The notes under the pieces are model-generated. The model was not told where the DNA came from. It saw nothing but the letters and a program-made list of their open reading frames with translations, and made no database searches. 64,000 nucleotides of DNA, from the IMG/VR virus record IMGVR_UViG_3300032116_000025, one strand, 5' to 3'. Positions 30,777-39,947 of the stretch are shown here, piece after piece (position 1 is the first letter of the stretch; every line of letters begins with the position of its first letter). This stretch comes from a virus. The translations under genes and the position numbers were made by a program.

Positions 30777-31361
30777 CTATTTTACCCAGTCTTCGCTCAT
30801 CTTCGTGAAGCTCTTTCCAACCTCTTTGCCGCGCATGAGGTGGCGAGTCACCTGAGCAAGTAACTGAGCGTCCGTCTTTGCGTCGTGAAGGTCCTTAACG
30901 CTGTAGTCTAGCCTAAAGAAGTTTGCCAGATCAGCCAGCTTGTGTCCCCTGTGGTACTTCATCTCAACGTGATGCTTTTTGGCGTATGTCATAGAGCACA
31001 GCGTAGGGATTCCACGCGGCCATCGTTCTGTCGGGATCTCTCGAAGGAGCATCTTTGCGTCAAACTGTAGGTTGTGAGCCACCCATGGTGCGCGAGTTAG
31101 CTCCTCCAAGACCTCATCCATTACGTCTTGAAACGACGGGGCCTTCGCCACCATGTCATCGGTAATGCCGTGAATCCGGGTAGCCTCTGCGGGGATGGAT
31201 TTCCCCGGGTAAACCAGCCAAGACTGCGTCTTGAGCCGACCGTCTCCAAAGAAGGAGGCTACGGCAACCTGGCAAATGCGATCATCGCGCCCAAGCCCCG
31301 TGGTTTCCGTGTCAATCGCTACAAACGGGATCTGATCCCAAAAAAGTTCATCCCAGTTCAT
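30777..31361 (-). CDS. DEDDh 3'-5' exonuclease (DNA pol III epsilon-like)
   Basis: IDTETTGL, IHGITD, VAHNLQFD, HDAKTDA. Confidence 0.9.
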   Translation of the reverse strand: MNWDELFWDQIPFVAIDTETTGLGRDDRICQVAVASFFGDGRLKTQSWLVYPGKSIPAEATRIHGITDDMVAKAPSFQDVMDEVLEELTRAPWVAHNLQFDAKMLLREIPTERWPRGIPTLCSMTYAKKHHVEMKYHRGHKLADLANFFRLDYSVKDLHDAKTDAQLLAQVTRHLMRGKEVGKSFTKMSEDWVK

Positions 31362-31999
31362 GGCTTCTTCCCGTGGATAATCTCGTGGTTGGCGTCGTTT
31401 GGATGCTTAAACGCCAGAAATAGGGCAATAGACAAAGATCGACACACGTCTTCGAGGGCAAAGTCGTTCAGAGACCAAATTGTTGTTGGGTTTCCGTCAG
31501 GAGCCACGCCCGGTTGAGCGTCCGCCTTCTTGCGGATCAGGTCACGGGCAGCCAGGGCAACGACAGCAAGCCGGTCAGACACTTCTGGATCGTCAATCTG
31601 CCCCGGGACCGACAGTGTCTCAGAAATGGGTGCAGCGAAGCCGGCAAGCCATTGCTTACACATCTCAGAGACTAGGTACTCAGGGGCAACAAAACGGGAA
31701 GTTAGGGGGTTGCCCCCTTCGTGGTACTCACGGACGACGTCAACAATTTCTGCCTCGACGGCCATTGCAAAGTCTTGGCTAGGCTTGCCAGCGTTTGCTG
31801 CAACGCGTCCAGCTTGGATTGCTTCAGACAGAAGCACCTCTGCAACGCTCTCCAGAACAGCTTGCTCGTGCCCCGCAGCTAAAAGCTTCCTGAGCACCTT
31901 TACGCTTGCGGCACTTCTAAGTCCAGCACCCTTTAGGGCTCCCGTCAAAGACGAACTAGGGCCAGCCTTTTGCGCTGGCGTCTGTTTCTTACTATTCAT
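31358..31999 (-). CDS. hypothetical protein
   Basis: first gene of the leftward arm, downstream of TTGACA...TAAAAT. Confidence 0.6.
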   Translation of the reverse strand: MNSKKQTPAQKAGPSSSLTGALKGAGLRSAASVKVLRKLLAAGHEQAVLESVAEVLLSEAIQAGRVAANAGKPSQDFAMAVEAEIVDVVREYHEGGNPLTSRFVAPEYLVSEMCKQWLAGFAAPISETLSVPGQIDDPEVSDRLAVVALAARDLIRKKADAQPGVAPDGNPTTIWSLNDFALEDVCRSLSIALFLAFKHPNDANHEIIHGKKP

Positions 32000-32084
32000 A
32001 CTTACTATTTATCTTACGCTTTTTGTTCCTTGTCAAGTAAGTATTTTCGGTATAGTAAGATAAGTAGTAAGTACAAGTAGTAAG
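31988..32084. repeat. AT-rich divergent intergenic region with inverted TAGTAAG array
   Basis: CTTACTA at 31988 and 32001, CTTACG at 32013; TAGTAAG at 32053, 32065, 32078. Confidence 0.7.
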
Positions 32085-32102
32085 AAACGGAGCTAAGAGA
32101 AA

Positions 32103-32747
32103 ATGGGAGGAACGCTACGGGAGGAGTTTGCTGCTCAGCTAGACAGCATTGTGGAAGGGGCAGCAAGCCAGCCCAGAACTTACGAGCCTCCGGCTTCTCT
32201 AAGCCCAAAAGGCAAGCGGCGAGCTACACGAGTACCTAGAGAAGAGAGCTTCGGGCGTTTAGACGAGTTCTTGGCAGAAGCACAGGCTGGAGCGCCTGAC
32301 GACTGGCTTGCCAAGCAAGCCAACGTCTCGGGAGAGTCCGTCCTTCTGTGGAGAAAGTCTCGGCAGGTCTCTCGTCGGCGCGGCAGGGGAGGCCAGAGAG
32401 ACCGGGACTTGTGGGCTGTGGATCTACTGGGCGGGTTTAAGTCACCTATCCACGTAGCGCACTCGCCGTTTGACGGGCTTTGGGAAGCGCCTGAGTACGT
32501 TCTCCGAAGGCCACTAAACTACCGAGAGCTTTGTCGGATGGTCTACGCCCTGAACACCACGCTGGGTGCAGGCCCGGAGCTTGTATGTGAGGCGCTCGGA
32601 CTCCGCGAGCGCGATGTAGAGCTAGCCCTGACTGTTTGGACCAACCACCTGTCTAGGCGCGGCGCGCCGTGTAAGGCGTGCGGAGAGCTACTGGACCCTA
32701 GGTACGGCGAGTTCTGCTCAGTTCGCTGCGCAGTGGAGGAAGCATGA
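32103..32747 (+). CDS. putative DNA-binding regulator (HTH-like segments plus C-terminal Zn finger)
   Basis: DDWLAKQANVSGESVLLWRK; PELVCEALGL; CKAC...FCSVRC. Confidence 0.55.
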   Translation: MGGTLREEFAAQLDSIVEGAASQPRTYEPPASLSPKGKRRATRVPREESFGRLDEFLAEAQAGAPDDWLAKQANVSGESVLLWRKSRQVSRRRGRGGQRDRDLWAVDLLGGFKSPIHVAHSPFDGLWEAPEYVLRRPLNYRELCRMVYALNTTLGAGPELVCEALGLRERDVELALTVWTNHLSRRGAPCKACGELLDPRYGEFCSVRCAVEEA

Positions 32748-33355
32748 CGTTAGAGTGGTGGGAGTGGCTTACCTTTTCGGTAGCTGAGCTAAAGGCTGCC
32801 GAGGTAGACCCGTGCGAGAGGTACGACCGTACCGGGCACCGCAGGGCTCTGTCCCGGGTCTGGGCGCGCACCGTGGGCCTATGGGGATTACAGGAAGCAA
32901 GGGACATCATGCGCGTCGCGGGCAAATCCCCGTCAGACCACCGCAATGCCTACGACATCTTTAAGCACCGGCACCAGCTCTGGACGAAGCGGCAGCTTAT
33001 TCGCCGGCAACAAGAGCTTTATCCGGAAAAGACCGGGACTGACTACACACAGTTCTGGCTGGGGCGAGCTTGCTTTGCTGCAATCTACGGAAAGGGAAAA
33101 GCCCTAGACGATGTTCAGCCCGGCCTCTTTGCCCTGCGTCGTGGGTCCATTATCGAAGAGACCGCACAAGCCTACGGCATCCTTCCAATAGAGGCGTGCC
33201 TCTATTACGAAGCCGTCCTTGACCTGCTTGCTGCCAACGACATCAGTGTCTCTTTGTGGGAGGTCATGGACACAAAAGAGAAACGCCATTACTGGGATAC
33301 CGCGTGGGGTGGCAAAGGCGTTCGGGTAGAAGCGCCGCCTTGCATGTTTGGGTAG
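32744..33355 (+). CDS. hypothetical protein
   Basis: ATGA-coupled 203-aa ORF. Confidence 0.55.
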   Translation: MTLEWWEWLTFSVAELKAAEVDPCERYDRTGHRRALSRVWARTVGLWGLQEARDIMRVAGKSPSDHRNAYDIFKHRHQLWTKRQLIRRQQELYPEKTGTDYTQFWLGRACFAAIYGKGKALDDVQPGLFALRRGSIIEETAQAYGILPIEACLYYEAVLDLLAANDISVSLWEVMDTKEKRHYWDTAWGGKGVRVEAPPCMFG

Positions 33356-33364
33356 AATGGCGGC

Positions 33365-33862
33365 ATGGCTACTCGGAGCTTCACTGATTTACACGCACCC
33401 AGGCACCTAGGGCTTGCGCAGTGGGATGAGTACGTAAAGCCGGTGCAGTACACGCAGTTCGTGGCCACCGCAGACCCCGTGCCGCGGCCACAAACACTGC
33501 TGGACTTCTACCTGAACGGAGATCTTCGGCAGATTCTAAACGACGCAGATCTTCGTCCGGATCACTACACCGACAGGCAGAGAGAGGTTCTTCGCCACCT
33601 CGTTTACGGCACCCAGGCGTCTAGCCCGGTTACCACCAAAGACAAGGACGACCTGTTCTATCAATGGACCCGGCAATCGGAACTCAGCTCAAAAAGCAAA
33701 GAGCTAGTGTCGGCAATCTCTGACGCCCGCCATCGGCAAGAGGCAACAGAGAACGAGGGCATCATCATGGACGATGGGCGGTCGTTGGCAGAGCACCAAC
33801 AGGGCCCTTCGTCTTCTCCGACTTTTGAGGGTCAAGACTTCGGGGACAAGATCATCATCTGA
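33365..33862 (+). CDS. hypothetical protein
   Basis: 165-aa ORF. Confidence 0.55.
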   Translation: MATRSFTDLHAPRHLGLAQWDEYVKPVQYTQFVATADPVPRPQTLLDFYLNGDLRQILNDADLRPDHYTDRQREVLRHLVYGTQASSPVTTKDKDDLFYQWTRQSELSSKSKELVSAISDARHRQEATENEGIIMDDGRSLAEHQQGPSSSPTFEGQDFGDKIII

Positions 33863-33926
33863 AATACCCTTAAAAAACCTCCTATAAGTAGTTGAAGCCG
33901 GAACTAATGTTCTGGCTAGGAGGGGT

Positions 33927-34295
33927 ATGACAAAAGAAGAAAAGGAAGAGATCAAGTCGCTCCAGCGGCTGGTCTCCTCTCGTGATGAAGAGATCCGCCA
34001 ACTCCGCAAGGAGTTGGCGGAGGCGGTACGTCCGCCCAGCCAGCTTGTGCTGTTGCGACGGCTCTCCCGGCTTAGCCCGGGAGAGCAAGCACAAATCACT
34101 GTGAACCGCGATCAGTATAATGCGCGGTATCAAGTGGTGTTCCAAGAGAACGACGTGCGATATGAGGGAGAGGCCAACGCGCTTACCGAAGCGCTGTCAT
34201 TGGTAGTGATGGTGCTCCGTCAAGAAAAACAAAAGGAGCTGGAGGAGACAGAGAGGCAGCTCCAGCTCCTCCGCGAGGAGCTGGAGCAGTACTGA
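33927..34295 (+). CDS. coiled-coil hypothetical protein
   Basis: promoter motif at 33881, AGGAGG SD, downstream terminator. Confidence 0.65.
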   Translation: MTKEEKEEIKSLQRLVSSRDEEIRQLRKELAEAVRPPSQLVLLRRLSRLSPGEQAQITVNRDQYNARYQVVFQENDVRYEGEANALTEALSLVVMVLRQEKQKELEETERQLQLLREELEQY

Positions 34296-34299
34296 TCTC

Positions 34300-34345
34300 A
34301 AGCCTGCTCCCCGCCGCAAGGCGGGTCGAGCGGGCTTTCTCTTGC
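34300..34345 (+). terminator. bulged terminator hairpin, family copy 1
   Basis: AAGCCTGCTC-CCCGCC-GCAA-GGCGGG-TC-GAGCGGGCTT followed by TCTCTTG. Confidence 0.7.
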
Positions 34346-34417
34346 CTAACTTTGCCCGTAAAGTCCCTATAAGCGTTTGAAGCGCGGACCTATTGACGCC
34401 GCGATTCAGGAGATAAC

Positions 34418-34768
34418 GTGGCGGTAAACGCGTGCTATCGGTGTGGGTGCTCACACGAACAGTGTGAGTGCCATCTGCGACGCTCCTCCGGAGAGATCCT
34501 CTCTCCGGAGCAAACCGTGGAGGAAGCGGGGAAAGTCCTCGCTATGCTTCGTCGCTCCCGCCCGCCCTACCGGGTCGGGCAATGGGTCGTGCTCGGAGGT
34601 AGTGCCCCCGAGCACCTTCGCGGGGCGGAAGGCCGAGTCTCGGCCGTTCGCTCTGACGGCTCAATTCTGATCAGGCAGCTCAACGAGACTCCGGTAGAAG
34701 TTGAGTCTGCGTGGATCGCCCGCACGGGCACCACGTGGGACAAACTGGCGAAGGCCAAGGAGTCATGA
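34418..34768 (+). CDS. small protein with KOW/SH3-like domain
   Basis: YRVGQWVVL...GRVSAV; promoter motif at 34366. Confidence 0.55.
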   Translation: MAVNACYRCGCSHEQCECHLRRSSGEILSPEQTVEEAGKVLAMLRRSRPPYRVGQWVVLGGSAPEHLRGAEGRVSAVRSDGSILIRQLNETPVEVESAWIARTGTTWDKLAKAKES

Positions 34769-34771
34769 GTC

Positions 34772-34817
34772 AGTTACCCCACTCCCCTACCAAGGGGTCG
34801 AGTGGGGTAACTTTTTG
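34772..34817 (+). terminator. bulged terminator hairpin, family copy 2
   Basis: AGTTACCCCACTC-CCCT..GGGG-TC-GAGTGGGGTAACT followed by TTTTG. Confidence 0.75.
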
Positions 34818-34873
34818 CCAAAAACACCTATAAGAAGATAGATCGGAAACGGTTGTTTCCGCAGGAGGACCAC

Positions 34874-35320
34874 ATGATCAAGAACGGTGCTGAAGACTTG
34901 AACGAGCAGATCAAGAACCTGAGCGAGCAGATCGACAAGCAGAAGCGTACCGAAAAGGCGACCGAGAAGTTCTTCGAAAGGCCGGAGGAGCTTCCGGTCC
35001 TCATGCCGGTGAGGCCGCAGTCGATGACCGTGAACGCGGTCATCGAGTCGATTCTCGCCAAGGGCCCGTTGCCCGAGAGTTCGTTCCGGCAGGTGGTGCT
35101 CCTGCTGGCAGGAGCGAACAAGGCGGCGGATTTGGAGATCTCGATGGCGGTCATGGACCGCATCGAGCGAACGCTTCCGGCGTTCGCCATGCTCATGCAG
35201 AAGCGCCTCTCCCCCGAGGAGGCGGAGATCCATGAACTGGAACTCCGGCTGCGCAAAGCGCAGCTACAGGTGCAGCTTGACGATCTGGAAATCGTCAAGC
35301 ACGCCAAGATCAAGGCGTGA
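34874..35320 (+). CDS. hypothetical protein
   Basis: AGGAGG SD before MIKNG; promoter motif at 34827. Confidence 0.6.
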   Translation: MIKNGAEDLNEQIKNLSEQIDKQKRTEKATEKFFERPEELPVLMPVRPQSMTVNAVIESILAKGPLPESSFRQVVLLLAGANKAADLEISMAVMDRIERTLPAFAMLMQKRLSPEEAEIHELELRLRKAQLQVQLDDLEIVKHAKIKA

Positions 35321-35327
35321 CACTAGG

Positions 35328-35367
35328 TTGATCCGCCGCCCGCAAGGGCCTGGCGGATCAACTTTTT
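35328..35367 (+). terminator. bulged terminator hairpin, family copy 3
   Basis: GTTGATCCGCC-GCCC-GCAA-GGGC-CT-GGCGGATCAAC followed by TTTTTG. Confidence 0.75.
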
Positions 35368-35432
35368 GCCAGTAAAAAGTAAAGGAGGGCGCCCAGATCA
35401 GCAGCACGTCCGGGCGCCCCCCTCTACCTAGC

Positions 35433-38400
35433 TTAGAATGCCCGACCAGCGCCTTGGTACGCGGGTGCAGCAAGGGGGCGGGAGGTCTGAGACTCTTCCT
35501 GCGCCATCTGCGTCTGGTTTAGCATATGGCCTGCTCCTACCGCCAGCCCGCCAAGGCCCAACGCGGCAGCTCCACCGGCAATCGGGATGGCATTACGGCG
35601 CAGGAACCCAGGCTGTTTGGGTGCTTCCGGAGCGGCTGGCTGGCCCGCGGGTGCTACCGGTGTAGCCGCTCCGGTAGCTGCTACGGGCGTAGCGGCGGGA
35701 GATGCAGCGGCTGGGGCAGGAGGAGGAGGCGGCGCCACTCCCGCTGACTGCTGCGGTGGTGGCGGCGGGGGCGGAGGTGGGGGCGGCGCAGCACGCTGCG
35801 GAGGTGGTGGGGGTGGAGGCACTGGGCGCGCTGCCGCTGCGGGCGGTGGCGGTGGAGCAACAACGCGCCCCGTCTGGTTCTCAAGAGAGAAGCCAGGGGG
35901 CAGGGCAGGCCCGGGGGTTACGGGCAGCTGAGCCCGCGCGGGCGCGGAACTCGCGCCGGAGGCACGAACTAGCTCAGACAACTCTGGAACGCGACCAGCC
36001 TCTTGCGTAACCGCTTTTGACTCTAGGTTAGCCAGCAGCGACTCAACCTGTGGGGACATTTGTCCCGGATCAGGCTTGGGTAGTGACGACGGCGCTGGTC
36101 GAGGTGCTACTTGGGTTGCCTCGTTCCCAATAGCCTCTCGACGCATGCGATCTTGGGAGGCTCGTAGAGCTTCTGCCCTTCGAGTTTCCTTTGCCGCCGC
36201 GTCAGCTTGACCCTTTGCTAGAACCTCTGCTTGCGAAGGTTCAGCGGGGCGCGCAGCAGGCGTGGCGGGGGGCTTAGCTGCGGGCTTAGCGGCAGGCGCA
36301 GCAGCGGGCGTAGCAGCGGGCGTAGTGGCTGGAGCAGTCGCAGGCGAAGTCTTTGGCGCAGGCGGTGCTTTTTCCCAGCCTAGCGCTTGGCGAGCCTTGC
36401 GGACCTCAGCGGCTTCTGCCGCTCCGCGCCCAGAGACTTCCTTCTTAACTTCGTCGACAAGCTTCTTGTCTTCCGCCCTGGCTGCGGCTCGCGCTGCCTC
36501 AGCCTTATCCAGCTTGGCTTTGTACTCCGGGCTGCCCGTTACGGGGTTTTGCTCACGCTGTTTTGACCTTTGGGCGGCCTCAGACTCCCGCTGTGTCTTA
36601 CGCGCTGCCGCGGCCTGTTCTTCCCGCTCAATGGCAGCACGCTCACGCGCCTGACGCTCAGCGGCCCTGGTTCCCGGCTTTACGTCTGAGCGCCCAGCAA
36701 ACTGTTGGTCTAGCTGGTCCTTACGCTGCTGAATGCGCGCCTGATCCTTTGCTGTCGCAGCCTCAAGCTTGTTGCGGTCTGCTGCGTCGGCCATTTCCCG
36801 CTTAAGTGTATCCCGCGCGGTGTCCTGAGCCTTTAGGCGAGCTACCTCTTTAGAGGCTGCCTCCGGACCCCGGACCTTTGCTCCCGCAAGCCCTTCTCCG
36901 CTCCTAAGCGCCTGTACCTCGGCGCCTAGTTGCTTAGCTTTTCCTGAAACAAAGTTTCGACCCTGACGGCCAAAGTGAATAGCATCGTCGGCAAACTCCC
37001 GCCCTACGTCTTTCAGGGCTCCCAGCGCCTGCCGGGCAATACCTTTGGCGATCTTTTCCTGCTCCTCATTGGTCATGTACTCCCAGTCGGGGTACATGAT
37101 CTGAGCAACCTTGACCGCCTGCCGCATGGCCAAGGCAGCGTTTGCCTTCTTTTCCTTTGACTTGTACTTCATGTAGTCGTGGACGGCGTCAATCGCCTCC
37201 GACGCACGGTCAATCTTGCTCTCAACCCAAGGCTCCGCGTTGTCCCGAACGGATACAGCACCAGAGAGCCGCTTAGACTGATCCGCAAGCCGCTTGAGGT
37301 TGCTGACCATCATGTAGCCGGGCGGGTCATTGTGCTCGGAAAGCACGGACTTTCTGGAGGCTGTCTTTGGGGCTTCCGCCGGAACATAGTCTTCCGGCTT
37401 TTTACCGCCGGGAAGAAGCCGGTCGATCCCGCGAGATACGGGCTTGATAACGCCCGGAGCAACAAGGGCTAGTCCGCCGATCTCCTGAAGATGGTAATCC
37501 TTCATCTTCTTGCCAGCGCCGTGGATTGCGGCTCCCATGGCCTTAATCCTTGGATCGCTGGCGTGCTCCATCTTTTCGCCAGCAAACTGAGCGATAGACG
37601 GGGCCGCTAAAGCAGCAATACCAACGTCGTCTAGCCGATCAGCAATAAACTCGGCGCGCTCGCTGTCCTTAGCCGCCTTGATGTTATCGCCTTGGATCGA
37701 GGCTGCAAAATCGGTAACCGGCGGGATGTCGTCCCCGACGCCATTCCGCTCACCGTTACGCTTTGCAGGCTGAACCAGCGAGGCAATCTTCAAAGAACCA
37801 AAATCGATGTCTTGACCGCTGCTGATGCGCGCAAGGTTCAGCTCAATGAAGGCGTCGAGTTGTGTTCCACCGACTTTGGCGGCCTGCCCCGAGCCGTATG
37901 CCGAGTTCTGCTTAGTCATGTACATTCCGGCTCCAACGCCGGCAAGACCAACGGTTGGGGTTACCCACCACGGCAGCTTAAACCCACCGCCCTCAGCTGC
38001 CGCAGCGGCTGGTGCGCCTGCGGGCGCGGCCGCTGCTGGAGCTGCGCCTGCGGCAGCGGCTGGGGGAGGCGGAGGTACCGCTGCGCCCGGAACCGGGGGA
38101 GGAGCAGCAGCCGGCACTCGGCTGCCTCCTTCGTACTTGACGTGGCCTCCGGACATAAGCCGGTCGCCTGCCCGGGTGGCTTTTACGTCTTGAGTGATGT
38201 TAGACAGCTGCTGTGGCGTCAGGCTTGTGCCCTGTAGGCCGGCCTTGAACGACGCTGCGCTGCGGGCAGATCCTGCGGCTAGTGCGTCACCAGCAGCATG
38301 GGCTACGTTCTTAGTGCCCTGAACTGCCCGGCCAGCAAGGTTAGCCGTGCCTTGAACAGCCTGCTGACCTGCGCGCACTACCCGTCCGAACATGTTTGCT

Positions 38401-39866
38401 GCAACGTTGGCAGCCTTTTCCTGCTCTTCAGGCGACATCCGGTCCCAGTCTGGGAACACCGCACGCGCCAGCTTTACGGCGTCACCGGCGTAGCGTGGAG
38501 TAACCGGCGTGTACGCAAGGCTGGCCTTCTTGTCCCGGTTTGCCAGGTACAAGCCCGTTCCGCCTGCTGCGAGTAAGCCTCCTCCTACTACAAGCGGCGC
38601 ATAACCGCCGGATCCGGTTGCCGGGGCAGCAGCTGGAGTTGCGGCCGGGGCAGCCGCTGGTACCGCCGCTGCACCTTCGTTTTGAACGGCTTGCCGAACG
38701 ACGTTTTCCCGCTGCGTCCTGCTGGCCTCTGCCGCTGCGTTAAGATTCTGCTCAAACGCCTTTTCAGCTGCACGCGCCTGATTCTTAGCCTCTGCATCGA
38801 TAACTGCGGCAGCTTGGGGAAAGCGACCGCTAGGGTCTGTTGCTGAGGGTCGAAGCGGGGGTGTGTAGCCCGTAGTAGGCGCAGGTTGAACCGGTGTCGC
38901 GGCAGGAGACACGCCCCGGGTTGGCGCGGGGATTGGTGCATGCCCTTGTCCGGCTAGATCTCGCCCACGAGCACGGTAGCCCTGCTGAATCGCGTCGTCT
39001 AGGTCCTTGCCACCACGAAGCCCCCCAACCACGTGCTCTATCGGGGCGCCGCGGCGGGTGCTCTGCGACAGCTCTCCTACAGCTTTGCGAGCGCCGGATA
39101 CCCCACCCACTACGCGGCTGTTTGCGGCTTCGCGTGCCTGCTGGGCAATTGCGTTTGCAATGTCTGGCGTAACTTCGTGGCCAGCGGTGGCTAGGCGCTT
39201 GGTTAGCCCAGCGGCAACCCGCTTCTCAATATCGGCCGCAGAAATGGCCAGCTTGGTTACTTCTGCTTTCTTTGATCGCATTGTAGGCTTGCCCTTCTCG
39301 GCCGGAGCACGCTCAGGGAGGTTCTTCATGTTGGGAGTCTCGTCTGCCCATTCCTTCGCCTTCTCTTTTGAGAAGCCAGGAATATGGCCGCCGAATGCGG
39401 CGCGCTGCTGACGCTTGGACGTGAAGGGCATCTTATTCTCCGAAATCTTTTGGCCGTGGTTCTTCTTATCGAGAACCTTACCCTTAAACTCTTCAACGCC
39501 CATCTCCCTCATCGAGCCGAAGAAGCGGGGGTCATTATAGTGAGCTAGGTAAGCCGCCTTAGCCGCTTTGGCGTCCTTAAATCCGAGCATCACCTTCTGC
39601 TCGTCAAACCGCCTGAAGTCTGGCTTCTTCATCTGATCGACGATGAACACGGAGCTGGAGTCGGTATCCGGGCCGACGTAGACATCGACGTGGTCGCCGT
39701 CAGTGCCCTCTGTGCGGCGGAAGTAGCCGTAGTCGTACTTCATCACCGTGGTGCCAGATTCTCCGCTGTGGGGATCCTTCCAATGGCGCGACGACCCTCG
39801 CGGGTTTTCGATAGAAATATCGAACCCGTAGAGCTTTACCCTCTTTTTTATCGGATGTGCGGCCAT
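35433..39866 (-). CDS. 1477-aa modular (polyvalent-type) protein with N-terminal InPase-like domain, probable internal virion protein
   Basis: ISIENP.GS.R...M...YGY...TEG.DGDH.DV.VG...DE.KVMLGF matches the InPase domain of polyvalent proteins; Gly-rich hydrophobic segments, Pro/Ala linkers, many KxA motifs. Confidence 0.75.
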   Translation of the reverse strand: MAAHPIKKRVKLYGFDISIENPRGSSRHWKDPHSGESGTTVMKYDYGYFRRTEGTDGDHVDVYVGPDTDSSSVFIVDQMKKPDFRRFDEQKVMLGFKDAKAAKAAYLAHYNDPRFFGSMREMGVEEFKGKVLDKKNHGQKISENKMPFTSKRQQRAAFGGHIPGFSKEKAKEWADETPNMKNLPERAPAEKGKPTMRSKKAEVTKLAISAADIEKRVAAGLTKRLATAGHEVTPDIANAIAQQAREAANSRVVGGVSGARKAVGELSQSTRRGAPIEHVVGGLRGGKDLDDAIQQGYRARGRDLAGQGHAPIPAPTRGVSPAATPVQPAPTTGYTPPLRPSATDPSGRFPQAAAVIDAEAKNQARAAEKAFEQNLNAAAEASRTQRENVVRQAVQNEGAAAVPAAAPAATPAAAPATGSGGYAPLVVGGGLLAAGGTGLYLANRDKKASLAYTPVTPRYAGDAVKLARAVFPDWDRMSPEEQEKAANVAANMFGRVVRAGQQAVQGTANLAGRAVQGTKNVAHAAGDALAAGSARSAASFKAGLQGTSLTPQQLSNITQDVKATRAGDRLMSGGHVKYEGGSRVPAAAPPPVPGAAVPPPPPAAAAGAAPAAAAPAGAPAAAAAEGGGFKLPWWVTPTVGLAGVGAGMYMTKQNSAYGSGQAAKVGGTQLDAFIELNLARISSGQDIDFGSLKIASLVQPAKRNGERNGVGDDIPPVTDFAASIQGDNIKAAKDSERAEFIADRLDDVGIAALAAPSIAQFAGEKMEHASDPRIKAMGAAIHGAGKKMKDYHLQEIGGLALVAPGVIKPVSRGIDRLLPGGKKPEDYVPAEAPKTASRKSVLSEHNDPPGYMMVSNLKRLADQSKRLSGAVSVRDNAEPWVESKIDRASEAIDAVHDYMKYKSKEKKANAALAMRQAVKVAQIMYPDWEYMTNEEQEKIAKGIARQALGALKDVGREFADDAIHFGRQGRNFVSGKAKQLGAEVQALRSGEGLAGAKVRGPEAASKEVARLKAQDTARDTLKREMADAADRNKLEAATAKDQARIQQRKDQLDQQFAGRSDVKPGTRAAERQARERAAIEREEQAAAARKTQRESEAAQRSKQREQNPVTGSPEYKAKLDKAEAARAAARAEDKKLVDEVKKEVSGRGAAEAAEVRKARQALGWEKAPPAPKTSPATAPATTPAATPAAAPAAKPAAKPPATPAARPAEPSQAEVLAKGQADAAAKETRRAEALRASQDRMRREAIGNEATQVAPRPAPSSLPKPDPGQMSPQVESLLANLESKAVTQEAGRVPELSELVRASGASSAPARAQLPVTPGPALPPGFSLENQTGRVVAPPPPPAAAARPVPPPPPPPQRAAPPPPPPPPPPPQQSAGVAPPPPPAPAAASPAATPVAATGAATPVAPAGQPAAPEAPKQPGFLRRNAIPIAGGAAALGLGGLAVGAGHMLNQTQMAQEESQTSRPLAAPAYQGAGRAF

Positions 39867-39947
39867 GCCAATGCGGTGCCCAGCATAACACAGGCTTACG
39901 CCAAGCTAAAAGCCCAAGAAACCCGCTATTCCCCCTATAAGCTATTG

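Noticed and set aside
35438-39411. Many plus-strand Gly/Ala-rich ORFs
   Set aside because: Antisense shadows of the GC-rich 1477-aa gene.
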